A program made the position numbers and the translations under genes. A model generated the notes under the pieces. That model worked only from the letters and a program-made list of their open reading frames with translations. It searched no databases and was not told the DNA's origin. This document shows, piece after piece, positions 1-9,449 of a stretch of DNA of 64,000 nucleotides (positions within the stretch are counted from its first letter, which is position 1; every line of letters starts with the position of its first letter). Source of the stretch: Actinomycetota bacterium (lineage in GTDB: Bacteria; Actinomycetota; Coriobacteriia; Anaerosomatales; PHET01); NCBI GenBank assembly GCA_029265315.1, contig JAJUJM010000001.1:42493-106492 (forward strand), in the 5' to 3' direction.

Positions 1-2
1 TG

Positions 3-257
<255 letters not shown>

Positions 258-498
258 CCCGCGGTTGTTGAAGCACGTGGGGAGGCGTTACACTGCGAGG
301 CAGGCTACGCCTTGCCCGTGGCTCGGCGCATACGGTCGAACCAACACTTCTCGTCCGGGAGCCTTACATTTCGGGGTGGACAGGGATCCCCTTGACTGGG
401 GAAGCTGGAAGTCCCGGTGCGGGCACCCACCTGCTGAGGCAGGTTCACCCGGTCGAGCTGCGGCAGGGCGGGCCACGTCGTCGCACTTGGAGGCAGCA

Positions 499-1101
499 GT
501 GATACGCAGACCAGTCGTAGCACTCATCGTGGTATCCATCGTCGCCCTGCTCTCCGGCTGTGGAGGTGGCGGAGGAGGAGAGGCTCCCCCCGCGGACGCC
601 GGTGCCCCGGCTCCCGGTACCGAGGCGTCTCCCACGGCGCCCGCTCCTGCAGCGGGGGTCACGGACCGCTCCGCCCCGGAGGACGCCACCGTCTTCGAGC
701 CCTTCCCTGAGGCGACCGGCCTGCCCAAGGCCATAACCGATCGCATCGCCGATCGCCAGCCGATGGCGATTCTGTTCGTTGACGGTTCACAGCAGGTGAC
801 CGACGAGGTCCGCTCGGCCCTCGACGACGCGATCAAAGCCAATGGGGGGGTCATCGACCTCGTCGTATACGACCTCGGTAAGTACGTGAGTCTGGACGCC
901 TCGGGGCAGGCGCTCGTGGACACCGAGAAGTTCGCGGAGGACCCCAAGGCGCCTGAGGCGATCGCCCTGGCCGCCGCCCTGAAGGTGGGCATCACGCCCT
1001 ACATCATCATGACGGACGACCAAGGGTACGTGGTCTTCCGTCATCGTGGCCTGGTCGACAGAGCGTTTCTCGAGATGCACATGGAGCGCTTGGTCGACTA
1101 G
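499..1101 (+). CDS. putative secreted lipoprotein, unknown function
   Basis: GTG 499 is preceded by GGAGG at 490-494. The N-terminus VIRRPVVALIVVSIVALLSGC has a signal peptide plus lipobox (LSG|C), followed by a Gly/Pro/Ala-rich linker. The 181 start of the ORF track adds a non-protein-like Arg/Ser/Pro leader. Confidence 0.6.
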   Translation: MIRRPVVALIVVSIVALLSGCGGGGGGEAPPADAGAPAPGTEASPTAPAPAAGVTDRSAPEDATVFEPFPEATGLPKAITDRIADRQPMAILFVDGSQQVTDEVRSALDDAIKANGGVIDLVVYDLGKYVSLDASGQALVDTEKFAEDPKAPEAIALAAALKVGITPYIIMTDDQGYVVFRHRGLVDRAFLEMHMERLVD

Positions 1102-1112
1102 CGCCTGGCGAG

Positions 1113-2396
1113 GTGCCGATGGACTCCTTGTTCGACGACAGCGCCGCGGCGCATCGTGCTGCTGTGGCTCCGCTGGCGGCGCGCATGCGCCCACGCACCT
1201 TGGAGGAGTTCGTAGGCCAAGAACATGTCGTGGGCGAGGGGACGTGGCTCAGGCGGGCGATAGCCGCCGATGCACTGGCCTCGGTCATCCTCTACGGCCC
1301 CGCGGGGACCGGCAAGACGAGCCTGGCCCGCATCATCGCCGAGGCCACGCAGGCCCACTTCACCGAGGTCTCAGCGGTGACGTCCGGGGTCGCCGACCTG
1401 CGCAAGGCCATCGACCAGGCCGCCGACCGGCTCGCGCTCTCAGGCCAGCGCACGATCCTGTTCGTCGACGAGATCCATCGGTTCAGCAAGTCGCAACAGG
1501 ACGCGCTTCTCCACGCGGTCGAAGACCGGGTCGTTGTGTTGATAGGCGCGACGACCGAGAACCCGATGTTCGAGGTCAACGCCCCGCTCCTGAGTCGTTC
1601 ACGGGTGATCGAGTTGAGGCCCCTCGGTGACCAGGACGTCCGCACGCTCATCGAGCGAGCGCTGTCCGCGCCGCACGGTCTGGCCGGTCGGTTCACGCTC
1701 GAAGAGGAGGCGACGGCCGCGGTGGTGCTCATGGCGGGAGGGGACGCTCGCCAAGCGCTCACGACACTCGAGCTCGCGGCCGATTGCGCCGCCGCAGCGG
1801 GCCGTTCGTCCATCAGCCGAACTGACGTGGCGGACGCGTCGCCGTCGAGGGTCCTCGCCTACGACAAGAACGGCGACACGCACTACGACGTGATCAGCGC
1901 CTTCATCAAGTCGATGCGAGGCTCCGACCCGGACGCGGCGGTCTACTGGCTCGCTCGTATGGTCCACGCCGGCGAGGACCCCAAGTTCATCGCACGTCGC
2001 ATGCTCATCTTCGCCTCGGAAGACATCGGCAACGCGGACCCGCAGGCCCTGTTGATCGCCCACGCAGCGTTCAAGGCGGCTGAATCGATCGGCTGGCCGG
2101 AGTGTCGTATCAACCTTGCGCAAGCGGCGATCTACCTCGCTCTAGCGCCGAAGAGCAACGCGTCGTATCGCGCGATCGACGCCGCACTCGCCGAGGTGCG
2201 CTCGGGCCCCGCCCGCCAAGTCCCGTCGCACTTGCGTGACCGGCACCGTCCGGGCAGCGAGACATACGGGCCCTACCTGTATCCCCATGACCATCCCGGC
2301 GGACGGGTTGAGCAGCGCTATCTGCCGGACGGGCTCGAGCCCGGTGTGTTCTGGAATCCCACCGATCGCGGCTGGGAAGGCGGCGAAGGGCGGTAG
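1113..2396 (+). CDS. rarA: replication-associated recombination protein A (RarA/MgsA AAA+ ATPase)
   Basis: 427 aa with Walker A GPAGTGKTSLARII, Walker B ILFVDEIHRF, and the C-terminal MgsA lid YDVISAFIKSMRGSDPDAAVYWLARM. Confidence 0.9.
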   Translation: MPMDSLFDDSAAAHRAAVAPLAARMRPRTLEEFVGQEHVVGEGTWLRRAIAADALASVILYGPAGTGKTSLARIIAEATQAHFTEVSAVTSGVADLRKAIDQAADRLALSGQRTILFVDEIHRFSKSQQDALLHAVEDRVVVLIGATTENPMFEVNAPLLSRSRVIELRPLGDQDVRTLIERALSAPHGLAGRFTLEEEATAAVVLMAGGDARQALTTLELAADCAAAAGRSSISRTDVADASPSRVLAYDKNGDTHYDVISAFIKSMRGSDPDAAVYWLARMVHAGEDPKFIARRMLIFASEDIGNADPQALLIAHAAFKAAESIGWPECRINLAQAAIYLALAPKSNASYRAIDAALAEVRSGPARQVPSHLRDRHRPGSETYGPYLYPHDHPGGRVEQRYLPDGLEPGVFWNPTDRGWEGGEGR

Positions 2397-2452
2397 GCCC
2401 GCCTCTGATACACTGCCGCTCAGGTGCGACGGTTCGTGGAAGAGGGTGCCGC

Positions 2453-2818
2453 GTGGAGCCGGTGGAAGTGGTGTCGATCGTGGCCTTGGCCGCCGCCGTG
2501 GTGGCATCCGGCGCGCTGGTCTGGGCTGCGCGAGAGGCCGTCCTGACCTTGCGGTCGTTGCGAAAGACGAGCGATGAGCTGCGTGACCGGGCCGTGCCGC
2601 TGTTGGAGAAGATCGATGTCACCGTGGACGCCGTCAACGTCGAGCTGCTGCGCATCGACTCGATCATCACCACGGTCGAGGATGCGAGCGAGCGGGTCTC
2701 TTCGGCCTCAGGCACCATCAGCGACATCGTGAGCGCGCCCGGCGAGATCGTGAGCGACATGATCGGGCGTGCGAGGCGTGCGTGGAAGGGCCGGCGACGT
2801 GAGCACCCATCAGGATGA
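2453..2818 (+). CDS. small membrane protein, DUF948-like
   Basis: 121 aa with an N-terminal TM helix (VVSIVALAAAVVASGALVWAA) followed by a helical/coiled segment. The overall layout is that of DUF948-type proteins. The family name comes from pattern recall, not a search. Confidence 0.45.
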   Translation: MEPVEVVSIVALAAAVVASGALVWAAREAVLTLRSLRKTSDELRDRAVPLLEKIDVTVDAVNVELLRIDSIITTVEDASERVSSASGTISDIVSAPGEIVSDMIGRARRAWKGRRREHPSG

Positions 2819-2896
2819 ACGATGCGTCGTGTGCCCGTGGGTATGACGACGTACGATGACCTTCCCGCGTCTGATGAGCTCTGATACGGAGGAAGC

Positions 2897-3292
2897 ATGA
2901 CGGGTGATCGCGTGACACTCACGGTGCCCGCGAAGGGCGAGTATGCGCGTGCCGTGCGCATGACAGCCGCGGCGTTGGCCAGCAGGACCGGCATGACGTA
3001 CGACGAGGTCGAGGACGTGCGCATGGCGGCGGAGGAGGCCTTCGTGTACGCCGTGGACAGCCTTGCCGAAGGCGACGAGGTGACGGTCGTCTTCGAGGTG
3101 TGTGGGGACTCCATGGCCATGAGGGTATGTCTCGGTCCCATGCAATCGGATGCCGAAGGCGAGGCCGACCGGGCCGCGCTGGCGACCTTCATCCTCGATT
3201 CCGTCTGTGACCGCTACGAGTTCACGAGCGATGAGGCGGGTGTCCGTACCCTCGTCGTCGAGAAGTGCGCGGGAATCGCAGATGCCGTCTAG
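2897..3292 (+). CDS. RsbW/SpoIIAB-like anti-sigma factor with degenerate HATPase motifs
   Basis: 131 aa. The size, the position directly upstream of and overlapping a SigB/F-type sigma gene, and the N-terminal pattern (TLTVPAKGEYARAVRMTAAALASRTGMTYDEVEDVRMAAEEAF) resemble RsbW-type anti-sigma factors. I cannot see an N-box Asn or G1/G2 glycine boxes. Confidence 0.5.
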   Translation: MTGDRVTLTVPAKGEYARAVRMTAAALASRTGMTYDEVEDVRMAAEEAFVYAVDSLAEGDEVTVVFEVCGDSMAMRVCLGPMQSDAEGEADRAALATFILDSVCDRYEFTSDEAGVRTLVVEKCAGIADAV

Positions 3293-4067
3293 CCGTCGTC
3301 CCGAGAAGCAGTCCCGAAAGCTGAGCTGGGACAAGGCGTACACACGCGAGCTGTTCCGGCGATACAGGCTTGACGGAGACGAGGCGGCCAGGGACGAGCT
3401 CATCACGATGTACCTCAACCTGGTCAAGTACCTCGCGAGCAGGTTTCGCAACCGGGGCGAGCCGGTCGACGACCTCGTGCAGGTGGGGACCATCGGGCTC
3501 ATCAAGGCCATCGACCGCTTCGACATAGAGCGTCAGGTCGAGTTCACCACGTACGCGACCCCCACGATCGTCGGCGAACTCAAGCGCTACTTCCGTGACA
3601 AGGGATGGGCCATCAAGGTCCCGCGGCGTCTGCAGGAGCTGTCGTTTCGCGTGAACCAAGCGGTCGACGCGCTCACGCAGCGCCTCCAGCGCTCGCCATC
3701 CATCCCTGAGATCGCCGAGTACCTCGAGGTCACACCTGAGGAGGTCCTTGAGGCAATGGAGACGAGCGAGGCGTACAACTTCGTCTCGCTGGAAAGTGAC
3801 CGCGGGGGCGAAGGGTCGGACTCCTTCTCGATCCTCGAGTATGTGGGCAAAGACGACGCGCTCATGTCGGCCGTAGACGACCGCACCACCCTGCAGGCGG
3901 CGTTCCGTCAGCTCACGCCACAGGAACAGCGGGTGCTTCACCTCCGCTTCTTCGAAGGGCGCACGCAGACCGAGATCGCCCGCCAGCTGAACATCTCGCA
4001 GATGCAGGTCTCGCGTCTGCTCAGGCGGACGCTCAAGGTCCTGCGAGACAACATCGTGAGGGAGTGA
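3282..4067 (+). CDS. RNA polymerase sigma factor, SigB/SigF/SigG (group 3) family
   Basis: ATG 3282 overlaps the upstream stop (3290-3292). Region 2 is DDLVQVGTIGLIKAIDRFD...FTTYATPTIVGELKRYFRD, and the region 4.2 HTH is TQTEIARQLNISQMQVSRLLRR. The 3150 start of the ORF track runs through the upstream gene. Confidence 0.85.
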   Translation: MPSSRRPEKQSRKLSWDKAYTRELFRRYRLDGDEAARDELITMYLNLVKYLASRFRNRGEPVDDLVQVGTIGLIKAIDRFDIERQVEFTTYATPTIVGELKRYFRDKGWAIKVPRRLQELSFRVNQAVDALTQRLQRSPSIPEIAEYLEVTPEEVLEAMETSEAYNFVSLESDRGGEGSDSFSILEYVGKDDALMSAVDDRTTLQAAFRQLTPQEQRVLHLRFFEGRTQTEIARQLNISQMQVSRLLRRTLKVLRDNIVRE

Positions 4068-5269
4068 GAAGCGTCGTGGAGTCGAACCAAGGCAGACTCG
4101 TGCGTTGGCGCACTCTCGCCTACGGAGCATGGGCGGTCATCGGCGTACTGGTGATCATGGCGGTCGCGCTCTGGGCCATCGGTCGCATCTCCGGCGCTCT
4201 TGTGCCTTTCGGCCTGGCGTTCGTGTTCGTGTTCCTCACGCAGGGGTTGGTGGCTGCGCTCGAAGCCCGTGGCATGAAGCGGGGCGTCGCCGTCACGGCC
4301 TGCTTCGCCGGCGCGTTCGTCCTGGTCTCGCTCGTGGTCGTGTTCGTGTTCCCGCTCGTGGGACGGGAGCTCATCTCGTTCGCCCGAGCGATTCCCGCGT
4401 ATCGTGACCAGGCCCAGGCGTTCATCGACGGACTGCTCGCCTCACGGCTCCTTGGCGACCTGAGGGGCATCGTCGTCCCCGTGTGGCTGGAGGACGCGGC
4501 CAGCACCATCTCGCGCTCCGCGGCCCAGGTCTTCGTCAACATCGGTAACGCCATCGCTCGGGGCATCGTCTCCACGGGAAGCGGTCTTGCCACCGTCGTG
4601 TTCGACCTCTTCTTGGGGGCGATCATCGCGTACTGGACCCTGCGCGACCTGCCCAAGATCCGTGCCGAACTGCGGGTGCTCGCCGGCGATCAGTACGAAG
4701 ACGACCTCGAGAACCTGCTTTCGACGGTGGGGCGTGTGGTCGGCGGGTACCTCAAGGGGCAGACCATCGCGTCCCTCGTGACAGGAGGACTCGCAGGCAT
4801 CGGTCTCGCGGTGATCGGTGTTCCCTACGCGCTCGTCCTGGGATTCCTCACCTTCGTGCTGAACTACGTGCCCTACATCGGCCCCTTGGTCTCAGGGCTC
4901 GTGGCCTCGGTGGTCGGTCTGTTCGTGGGTTGGCCGCAGGCGCTCGGAGCGATCGCTGTGGTGGTCGCGGCCCAGCAGCTCACCGACCTGTTCGTGACGC
5001 CTCGCGTCATGTCCGAGCAGGTCGACCTGCATCCGACGCTCGTGATATTCTCGCTGCTCGTCGGCGGGGCCCTTTCCGGGTTCTGGGGCATGATCCTGGC
5101 CATCCCGGTGGCCGCCACCGCCAAGGGGCTGTTCGTGTACTACTGGGAGCGCCGGACGAACAGGTCGCTCGCCACGGAGGACGGAGCGCTGTTCCGCTCC
5201 TCTGCGTGCGGGGACGGCGATGCTGACGATGCCGAGTGCGAGGACGAGACCCACGAAGACCACGAGTGA
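4064..5269 (+). CDS. AI-2E family transporter (PerM/UPF0118 permease)
   Basis: 401 aa and polytopic, with the characteristic LNYVPYIGP segment. GTG 4064 overlaps the sigma gene stop. The C-terminal tail is acidic and Cys-containing (CGDGDADDAECEDETHEDHE). Confidence 0.8.
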   Translation: MRSVVESNQGRLVRWRTLAYGAWAVIGVLVIMAVALWAIGRISGALVPFGLAFVFVFLTQGLVAALEARGMKRGVAVTACFAGAFVLVSLVVVFVFPLVGRELISFARAIPAYRDQAQAFIDGLLASRLLGDLRGIVVPVWLEDAASTISRSAAQVFVNIGNAIARGIVSTGSGLATVVFDLFLGAIIAYWTLRDLPKIRAELRVLAGDQYEDDLENLLSTVGRVVGGYLKGQTIASLVTGGLAGIGLAVIGVPYALVLGFLTFVLNYVPYIGPLVSGLVASVVGLFVGWPQALGAIAVVVAAQQLTDLFVTPRVMSEQVDLHPTLVIFSLLVGGALSGFWGMILAIPVAATAKGLFVYYWERRTNRSLATEDGALFRSSACGDGDADDAECEDETHEDHE

Positions 5270-5302
5270 CCACACGCCATCTGGAACCCGAGGAGCACTG
5301 TC

Positions 5303-7933
5303 GTGAGATCGGCTGAGATACGTGAGAGCTTCCTGACTTTCTTCGAGGGGAAGGGGAGCCGACGCTGGCCCTCGTCCTCGCTGGTCCCGGACGATCCGTC
5401 GCTGCTGCTCACCACCGCCGGCATGGTCCAGTTCAAGCCGGTCTTCCTCGGGGTCAAGGACCTTGGTTTCACTCGCGCCACCACGGTGCAGAAGTGCGTT
5501 CGGACCACCGACATCGACATCATCGGCACCACCGGCCGACACCACAGCTTCTTCGAGATGCTCGGTAACTTCAGCTTCGGCGACTACTTCAAACGCGAGG
5601 CGATACGGTGGGCCTGGGAGTACTCGGTCGACGTGCTGGGCCTGGACCCCGACCGCATCTGGGCCTCGATCTACGAGGACGACGACGAGTCCGAGGGCCT
5701 GTGGCTCGAGGAATCGGGCGTTCCTGCCCAGCGCATCGTGCGGATGGGCGCCAAGGACAACTTCTGGTCCGCGGGCCCGACCGGTCCGTGCGGCCCCTGT
5801 TCAGAGCTGTACTACGACCAGGGTCCCGCGTTGGGCTGCGGCAGCGACACATGTGCTCCGGGGTGCGACTGCGACCGCTACCTCGAGTACTGGAACCTCG
5901 TCTTCATGCAGTACGACCGCGCGGAGGACGGGACGCTCACGCCGCTGCCGAAACAGAACATCGACACGGGTATGGGGCTGGAGCGCATCGCGGCGATCCT
6001 GCAGGGCGTGAACTCGAACTTCGAGACCGACATCCTGCGCGGCATCATGGCGCTCGCGGAGAGCATCACCGGCGTGGAGTACGGCTCGGGCGAGCGCAGC
6101 GACACGTCCCTGCGCATACTCGCCGACCATTCGCGCGCCGTGTCCTTCATGATCGCGGATGGCATCCTGCCGAGCAACGAAGGCCGCGGCTACGTCCTGC
6201 GGCGTCTGCTCAGGCGTGCCGTTCGTCACGGGCGACTGCTCGGCGTGGAGGACGCGTTCATGCACCGGATGGTCGCGGACGTGATCGAGCGCATGGGCGA
6301 TGCGTATCCTGAGCTCGTCACCCACCGTGAGCTCATCAACCGGATCGTCTCGAGCGAAGAGGAGCGCTTCAGCTCGACGCTTCGGACCGGCATGAGCTTC
6401 CTTGAGGCGGAGCTCGCCTCGCTGGCGTCCTCCGGAGCGGACACGCTCGATGGCCGGGTGGCGTTCACGCTTCACGACACCTATGGGTTCCCGTACGAGC
6501 TGACCGCCGAGATAGCGGGCGAGAAGGGCTACGTCGTCGACGAGGCCACGTTCGCGGCCGAGATGGAGGCGCAGAGACAGCGTGCCCGCGCCGCCGTCAA
6601 GGACGAGTCGTGGTCGGCGTACGGCGGGACGTTCGCGGCGCTCGCCAAAGAGGGACGCAAGACCGAGTTCGTGGGCTATGAGAGCGACGAGGCCGACGCG
6701 GTCGTGGTCGCGCTCGTGGTCGATGGAGCCGCAGTCGATGAGGTGACCGAGGGAACCGCTGTCCAGGTGGTCTTGGACAAGACGCCGTTCTACGGCGAGC
6801 AGGGCGGTCAGGTCGGCGACACGGGCGTGCTCACGACCTCCTTCGGCGCGCGCGTCCGCGTGGAGGACACGAAGGTCCCCGAGTCGGGCATCCACGCGCA
6901 CATCGGAGTCGTGGAGGCCGGTCGGATCGCGGTCGGTGACGCGGTGCACGCGTCCATCGACGTCATGCGTCGTGAGCGCATCCGGCGCAACCACACGGCC
7001 ACACACCTGTTGCACTGGGCGTTGCGTCTCGTGCTCGGAGAGCACGCCACGCAGGCCGGCTCCCATGTCGCGCCGGAGCGCCTCCGCTTCGACTTCACAC
7101 ACTTCGAGGGCCTTTCGCGTGAGCAGCTCGAGAAGATCGAGCGCATGGTCAACGCCAAGGTGTTCGAGAACCATCCGGTCCTCGCGTACGAGACGTCCCT
7201 TGCGACCGCCAGAGAACAGGGTGTGACCGCCCTGTTCGGCGAGAAGTACTCCGATTTCGTCCGCGTGCTCGAGGTGGGCAACTTCAGCCGTGAACTGTGT
7301 GGCGGCACCCACATCTCGCGCACGAGCGAGATCGGCTTTCTCAAGATCGTGTCCGAAGGCTCGGTCGGTGCGAATCTGCGCCGCATCGAGGCGGTGACGA
7401 GCTTCGATGCCTACGACCTCGTCCGCGCCGAAGAGGAGGCGCTGCTCGGGGCGGCAGAGGCGATGAAGGTCTCGCCGCGGGACGTCGCCGACAAGGCCGC
7501 GGCCCTCATGAAGCGGGTCAAGGAGCTCGAGGCCGGGGCGTCCCGCCGGATCGAGGCGGCTTCGGACGAAACGATCGGCGCACTCTTGGCCCAGTCGACC
7601 GATGCGCCCGGCTACCGGGTCGTGATCGCCCGGGCCGCCGATATGCGGGCTGCCGACATGCGTGCGGTCTGGGACGCGTTGCGTTCGCGTGGTACTCAGG
7701 CCGTCGTTCTCGTGGCCGCGGACACCGAGAGCGGCAAACCGATATTCCTGGCCGCAGGAGACGACACGGCGGTCGCCTCCGGGTTCGACGCCGGGGCCGT
7801 CGTCAGAGCGATCGCGCCGGTGCTGGGCGGCCGTGGCGGCGGCAAACCCGCCATGGCGCAGGGCGGTGGCGAAGACGCCGCTCGCATCGAAGAGGCCCTC
7901 GCACTGGCCCGAGAGACGCTTCGCGGGCAGTAG
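5303..7933 (+). CDS. alaS: alanyl-tRNA synthetase
   Basis: 876 aa. Diagnostic segments are FFEMLGNFSFGDYFK, the zinc/editing motif HTATHLLHWALR ... CGGTH, and a C-terminal DHHA1-like region. GAGGAG lies upstream of GTG 5303. Confidence 0.97.
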   Translation: MRSAEIRESFLTFFEGKGSRRWPSSSLVPDDPSLLLTTAGMVQFKPVFLGVKDLGFTRATTVQKCVRTTDIDIIGTTGRHHSFFEMLGNFSFGDYFKREAIRWAWEYSVDVLGLDPDRIWASIYEDDDESEGLWLEESGVPAQRIVRMGAKDNFWSAGPTGPCGPCSELYYDQGPALGCGSDTCAPGCDCDRYLEYWNLVFMQYDRAEDGTLTPLPKQNIDTGMGLERIAAILQGVNSNFETDILRGIMALAESITGVEYGSGERSDTSLRILADHSRAVSFMIADGILPSNEGRGYVLRRLLRRAVRHGRLLGVEDAFMHRMVADVIERMGDAYPELVTHRELINRIVSSEEERFSSTLRTGMSFLEAELASLASSGADTLDGRVAFTLHDTYGFPYELTAEIAGEKGYVVDEATFAAEMEAQRQRARAAVKDESWSAYGGTFAALAKEGRKTEFVGYESDEADAVVVALVVDGAAVDEVTEGTAVQVVLDKTPFYGEQGGQVGDTGVLTTSFGARVRVEDTKVPESGIHAHIGVVEAGRIAVGDAVHASIDVMRRERIRRNHTATHLLHWALRLVLGEHATQAGSHVAPERLRFDFTHFEGLSREQLEKIERMVNAKVFENHPVLAYETSLATAREQGVTALFGEKYSDFVRVLEVGNFSRELCGGTHISRTSEIGFLKIVSEGSVGANLRRIEAVTSFDAYDLVRAEEEALLGAAEAMKVSPRDVADKAAALMKRVKELEAGASRRIEAASDETIGALLAQSTDAPGYRVVIARAADMRAADMRAVWDALRSRGTQAVVLVAADTESGKPIFLAAGDDTAVASGFDAGAVVRAIAPVLGGRGGGKPAMAQGGGEDAARIEEALALARETLRGQ

Positions 7934-7941
7934 GCGCGCGA

Positions 7942-8382
7942 GTGGCCTCGCGGATCATCGCTCTGGACATCGGCGAGAAGCGCGTGGGGGTCGCGCTCTC
8001 CGACCCTGATCGTCGGGTGGCGACCCCGCATGCGGTCTGGGACGCTGCGCCGTTGCTCGCGAACGGTAGGGACCTGGTGCGCCTCGTCGAGGAGTACGAA
8101 GTCGCTGAGGTCGTGGTCGGGCTTCCGTTGACCCTTGAAGGGACTGAGGGCCCCCAGGCTCGACGTGTCCGGCAGGTCGCAGAACGGCTGGCAGGCTTCT
8201 TGCGCATCCCGGTGCGGTTCGTCGACGAACGGCTGACGTCGCGTGAGGCCGCGATGAGGATGCGAGAGGCCGGCTTCTCGGAGCGCAGACAGCGTGGGAT
8301 GAAGGACATGGTAGCGGCCGCTCTGATCCTGCAAGCGTACCTCGATGCGCCGATGTCCGGTGATGGAGGGGACGGCTCGTGA
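7942..8382 (+). CDS. ruvX: Holliday junction resolvase-like nuclease RuvX (YqgF)
   Basis: GTG 7942 gives VASRIIALDIGEKRVGVALSD..., the YqgF N-terminal motif, 146 aa. The longer 7297 ORF is an Arg/Gly-rich read-through overlapping alaS. Confidence 0.85.
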   Translation: MASRIIALDIGEKRVGVALSDPDRRVATPHAVWDAAPLLANGRDLVRLVEEYEVAEVVVGLPLTLEGTEGPQARRVRQVAERLAGFLRIPVRFVDERLTSREAAMRMREAGFSERRQRGMKDMVAAALILQAYLDAPMSGDGGDGS

Positions 8383-9449
8383 GGGCGAGCGGAGACAGAC
8401 ATAAGACGAAGGGGCTGCTTCGAACGCTCGTGGCCGTCGTCTTGGTCGCGCTCGCACTGTTCGTGCTACTCATCGGGGTGGGTGCCTGGGCCTTGCTGTA
8501 TCGGGTCGAGCGTCCAGTGCCCGCTGGACGGCCTGTCCAGGTGGAGGTCCCGGATGGCGCGACGACGGCGAGGATCGGCGAGCTGCTCGCGAGCAAGGGC
8601 GTGGTGGCCAACAGCGCCATGTTCCGCGTCCAGTCCCGACTCGCAGGCGCTGATGATCGTCTCAAGGCCGGCGTGTACGACCTGGCCACCGGCATGCCCT
8701 ACGACCTCGTGATCGACCGTCTGGTGAAAGGGCCGCCGGTCAAGTACGTGACCGTCACGATTCCCGAAGGGTTCGTGGTCGACCAGATCGCTGCACGATT
8801 GGAGAAGCAGGCCGGCATACCCGCCGAAGAGACCCTTGCGCTGGCCAAAGGCGGTGCCGCGGAGTTCGTGGACGACCACCCCTACCTTGCGGACGCGTAC
8901 GCTGGTTCGTTGGAGGGGTATCTGTTCCCGAAGACCTACCGTTTCGTCGAAGGGGTCACGGCGCGCGAGGCTCTCGACACCATGCTGGACCAGTTCGACA
9001 CCGAGATCGCGCAGGTCGATACGTCCGCCGCCGAGAAGCGGGGCCTGAGCTTGAACGAGCTCGTGGTGCTCGCCTCCATGATCGAGAGGGAGGCGCAGTT
9101 GGACGAGGAGCGGCCGCTCGTCGCCTCGGTGATCATGAACCGCCTCGCGCGTGACATGCGTCTCGAGATCGATGCGACGGTCGAGTACGTTCTGCCGGGG
9201 AACCGCTTCCGGTTGCGCTACCGTGACCTGGAGATCGACAGCCCTTACAACACGTACCGGTACAAGGGCCTCCCGCCGGGTCCGATAGCCAGCCCGGGAC
9301 TCGCCTCACTGAAGGCCGCAGCGCAGCCGGCCGAATCGGACTACCTCTATTATGTGCTGACGGGTAAGGACGGTTCACACACCTTCGCCAGGAACCTTGA
9401 GGATTTCCTCAAGGCGAAGAAGAAGTCGAAGGAGGTGTTCGGCAGGTGA
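8379..9449 (+). CDS. mltG: endolytic murein transglycosylase MltG (YceG family)
   Basis: 356 aa with an N-terminal TM anchor and YceG motifs (LASMIEREA, SPYNTYRYKGLPPGPIASPG). The start overlaps the ruvX stop. Confidence 0.9.
   Translation: MRASGDRHKTKGLLRTLVAVVLVALALFVLLIGVGAWALLYRVERPVPAGRPVQVEVPDGATTARIGELLASKGVVANSAMFRVQSRLAGADDRLKAGVYDLATGMPYDLVIDRLVKGPPVKYVTVTIPEGFVVDQIAARLEKQAGIPAEETLALAKGGAAEFVDDHPYLADAYAGSLEGYLFPKTYRFVEGVTAREALDTMLDQFDTEIAQVDTSAAEKRGLSLNELVVLASMIEREAQLDEERPLVASVIMNRLARDMRLEIDATVEYVLPGNRFRLRYRDLEIDSPYNTYRYKGLPPGPIASPGLASLKAAAQPAESDYLYYVLTGKDGSHTFARNLEDFLKAKKKSKEVFGR

Noticed and set aside
5801-7312. A 503-aa minus-strand ORF, plus several + strand alternative-frame ORFs, inside alaS.
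   Set aside because: These are shadow ORFs of alaS, which is unambiguous over its full length.
7637-7666. A short duplicated segment in alaS encoding AADMRAADMRA.
   Set aside because: It is a two-copy, imperfect 15-nt duplication within the poorly conserved C-terminal linker of AlaRS. It is probably neutral, with nothing further to test.
7297-7941. The N-terminal 215 codons of the 361-aa ORF that ends as ruvX.
   Set aside because: This part overlaps the 3' end of alaS in another frame and translates to an RGR-rich string. The YqgF homology begins only at GTG 7942.
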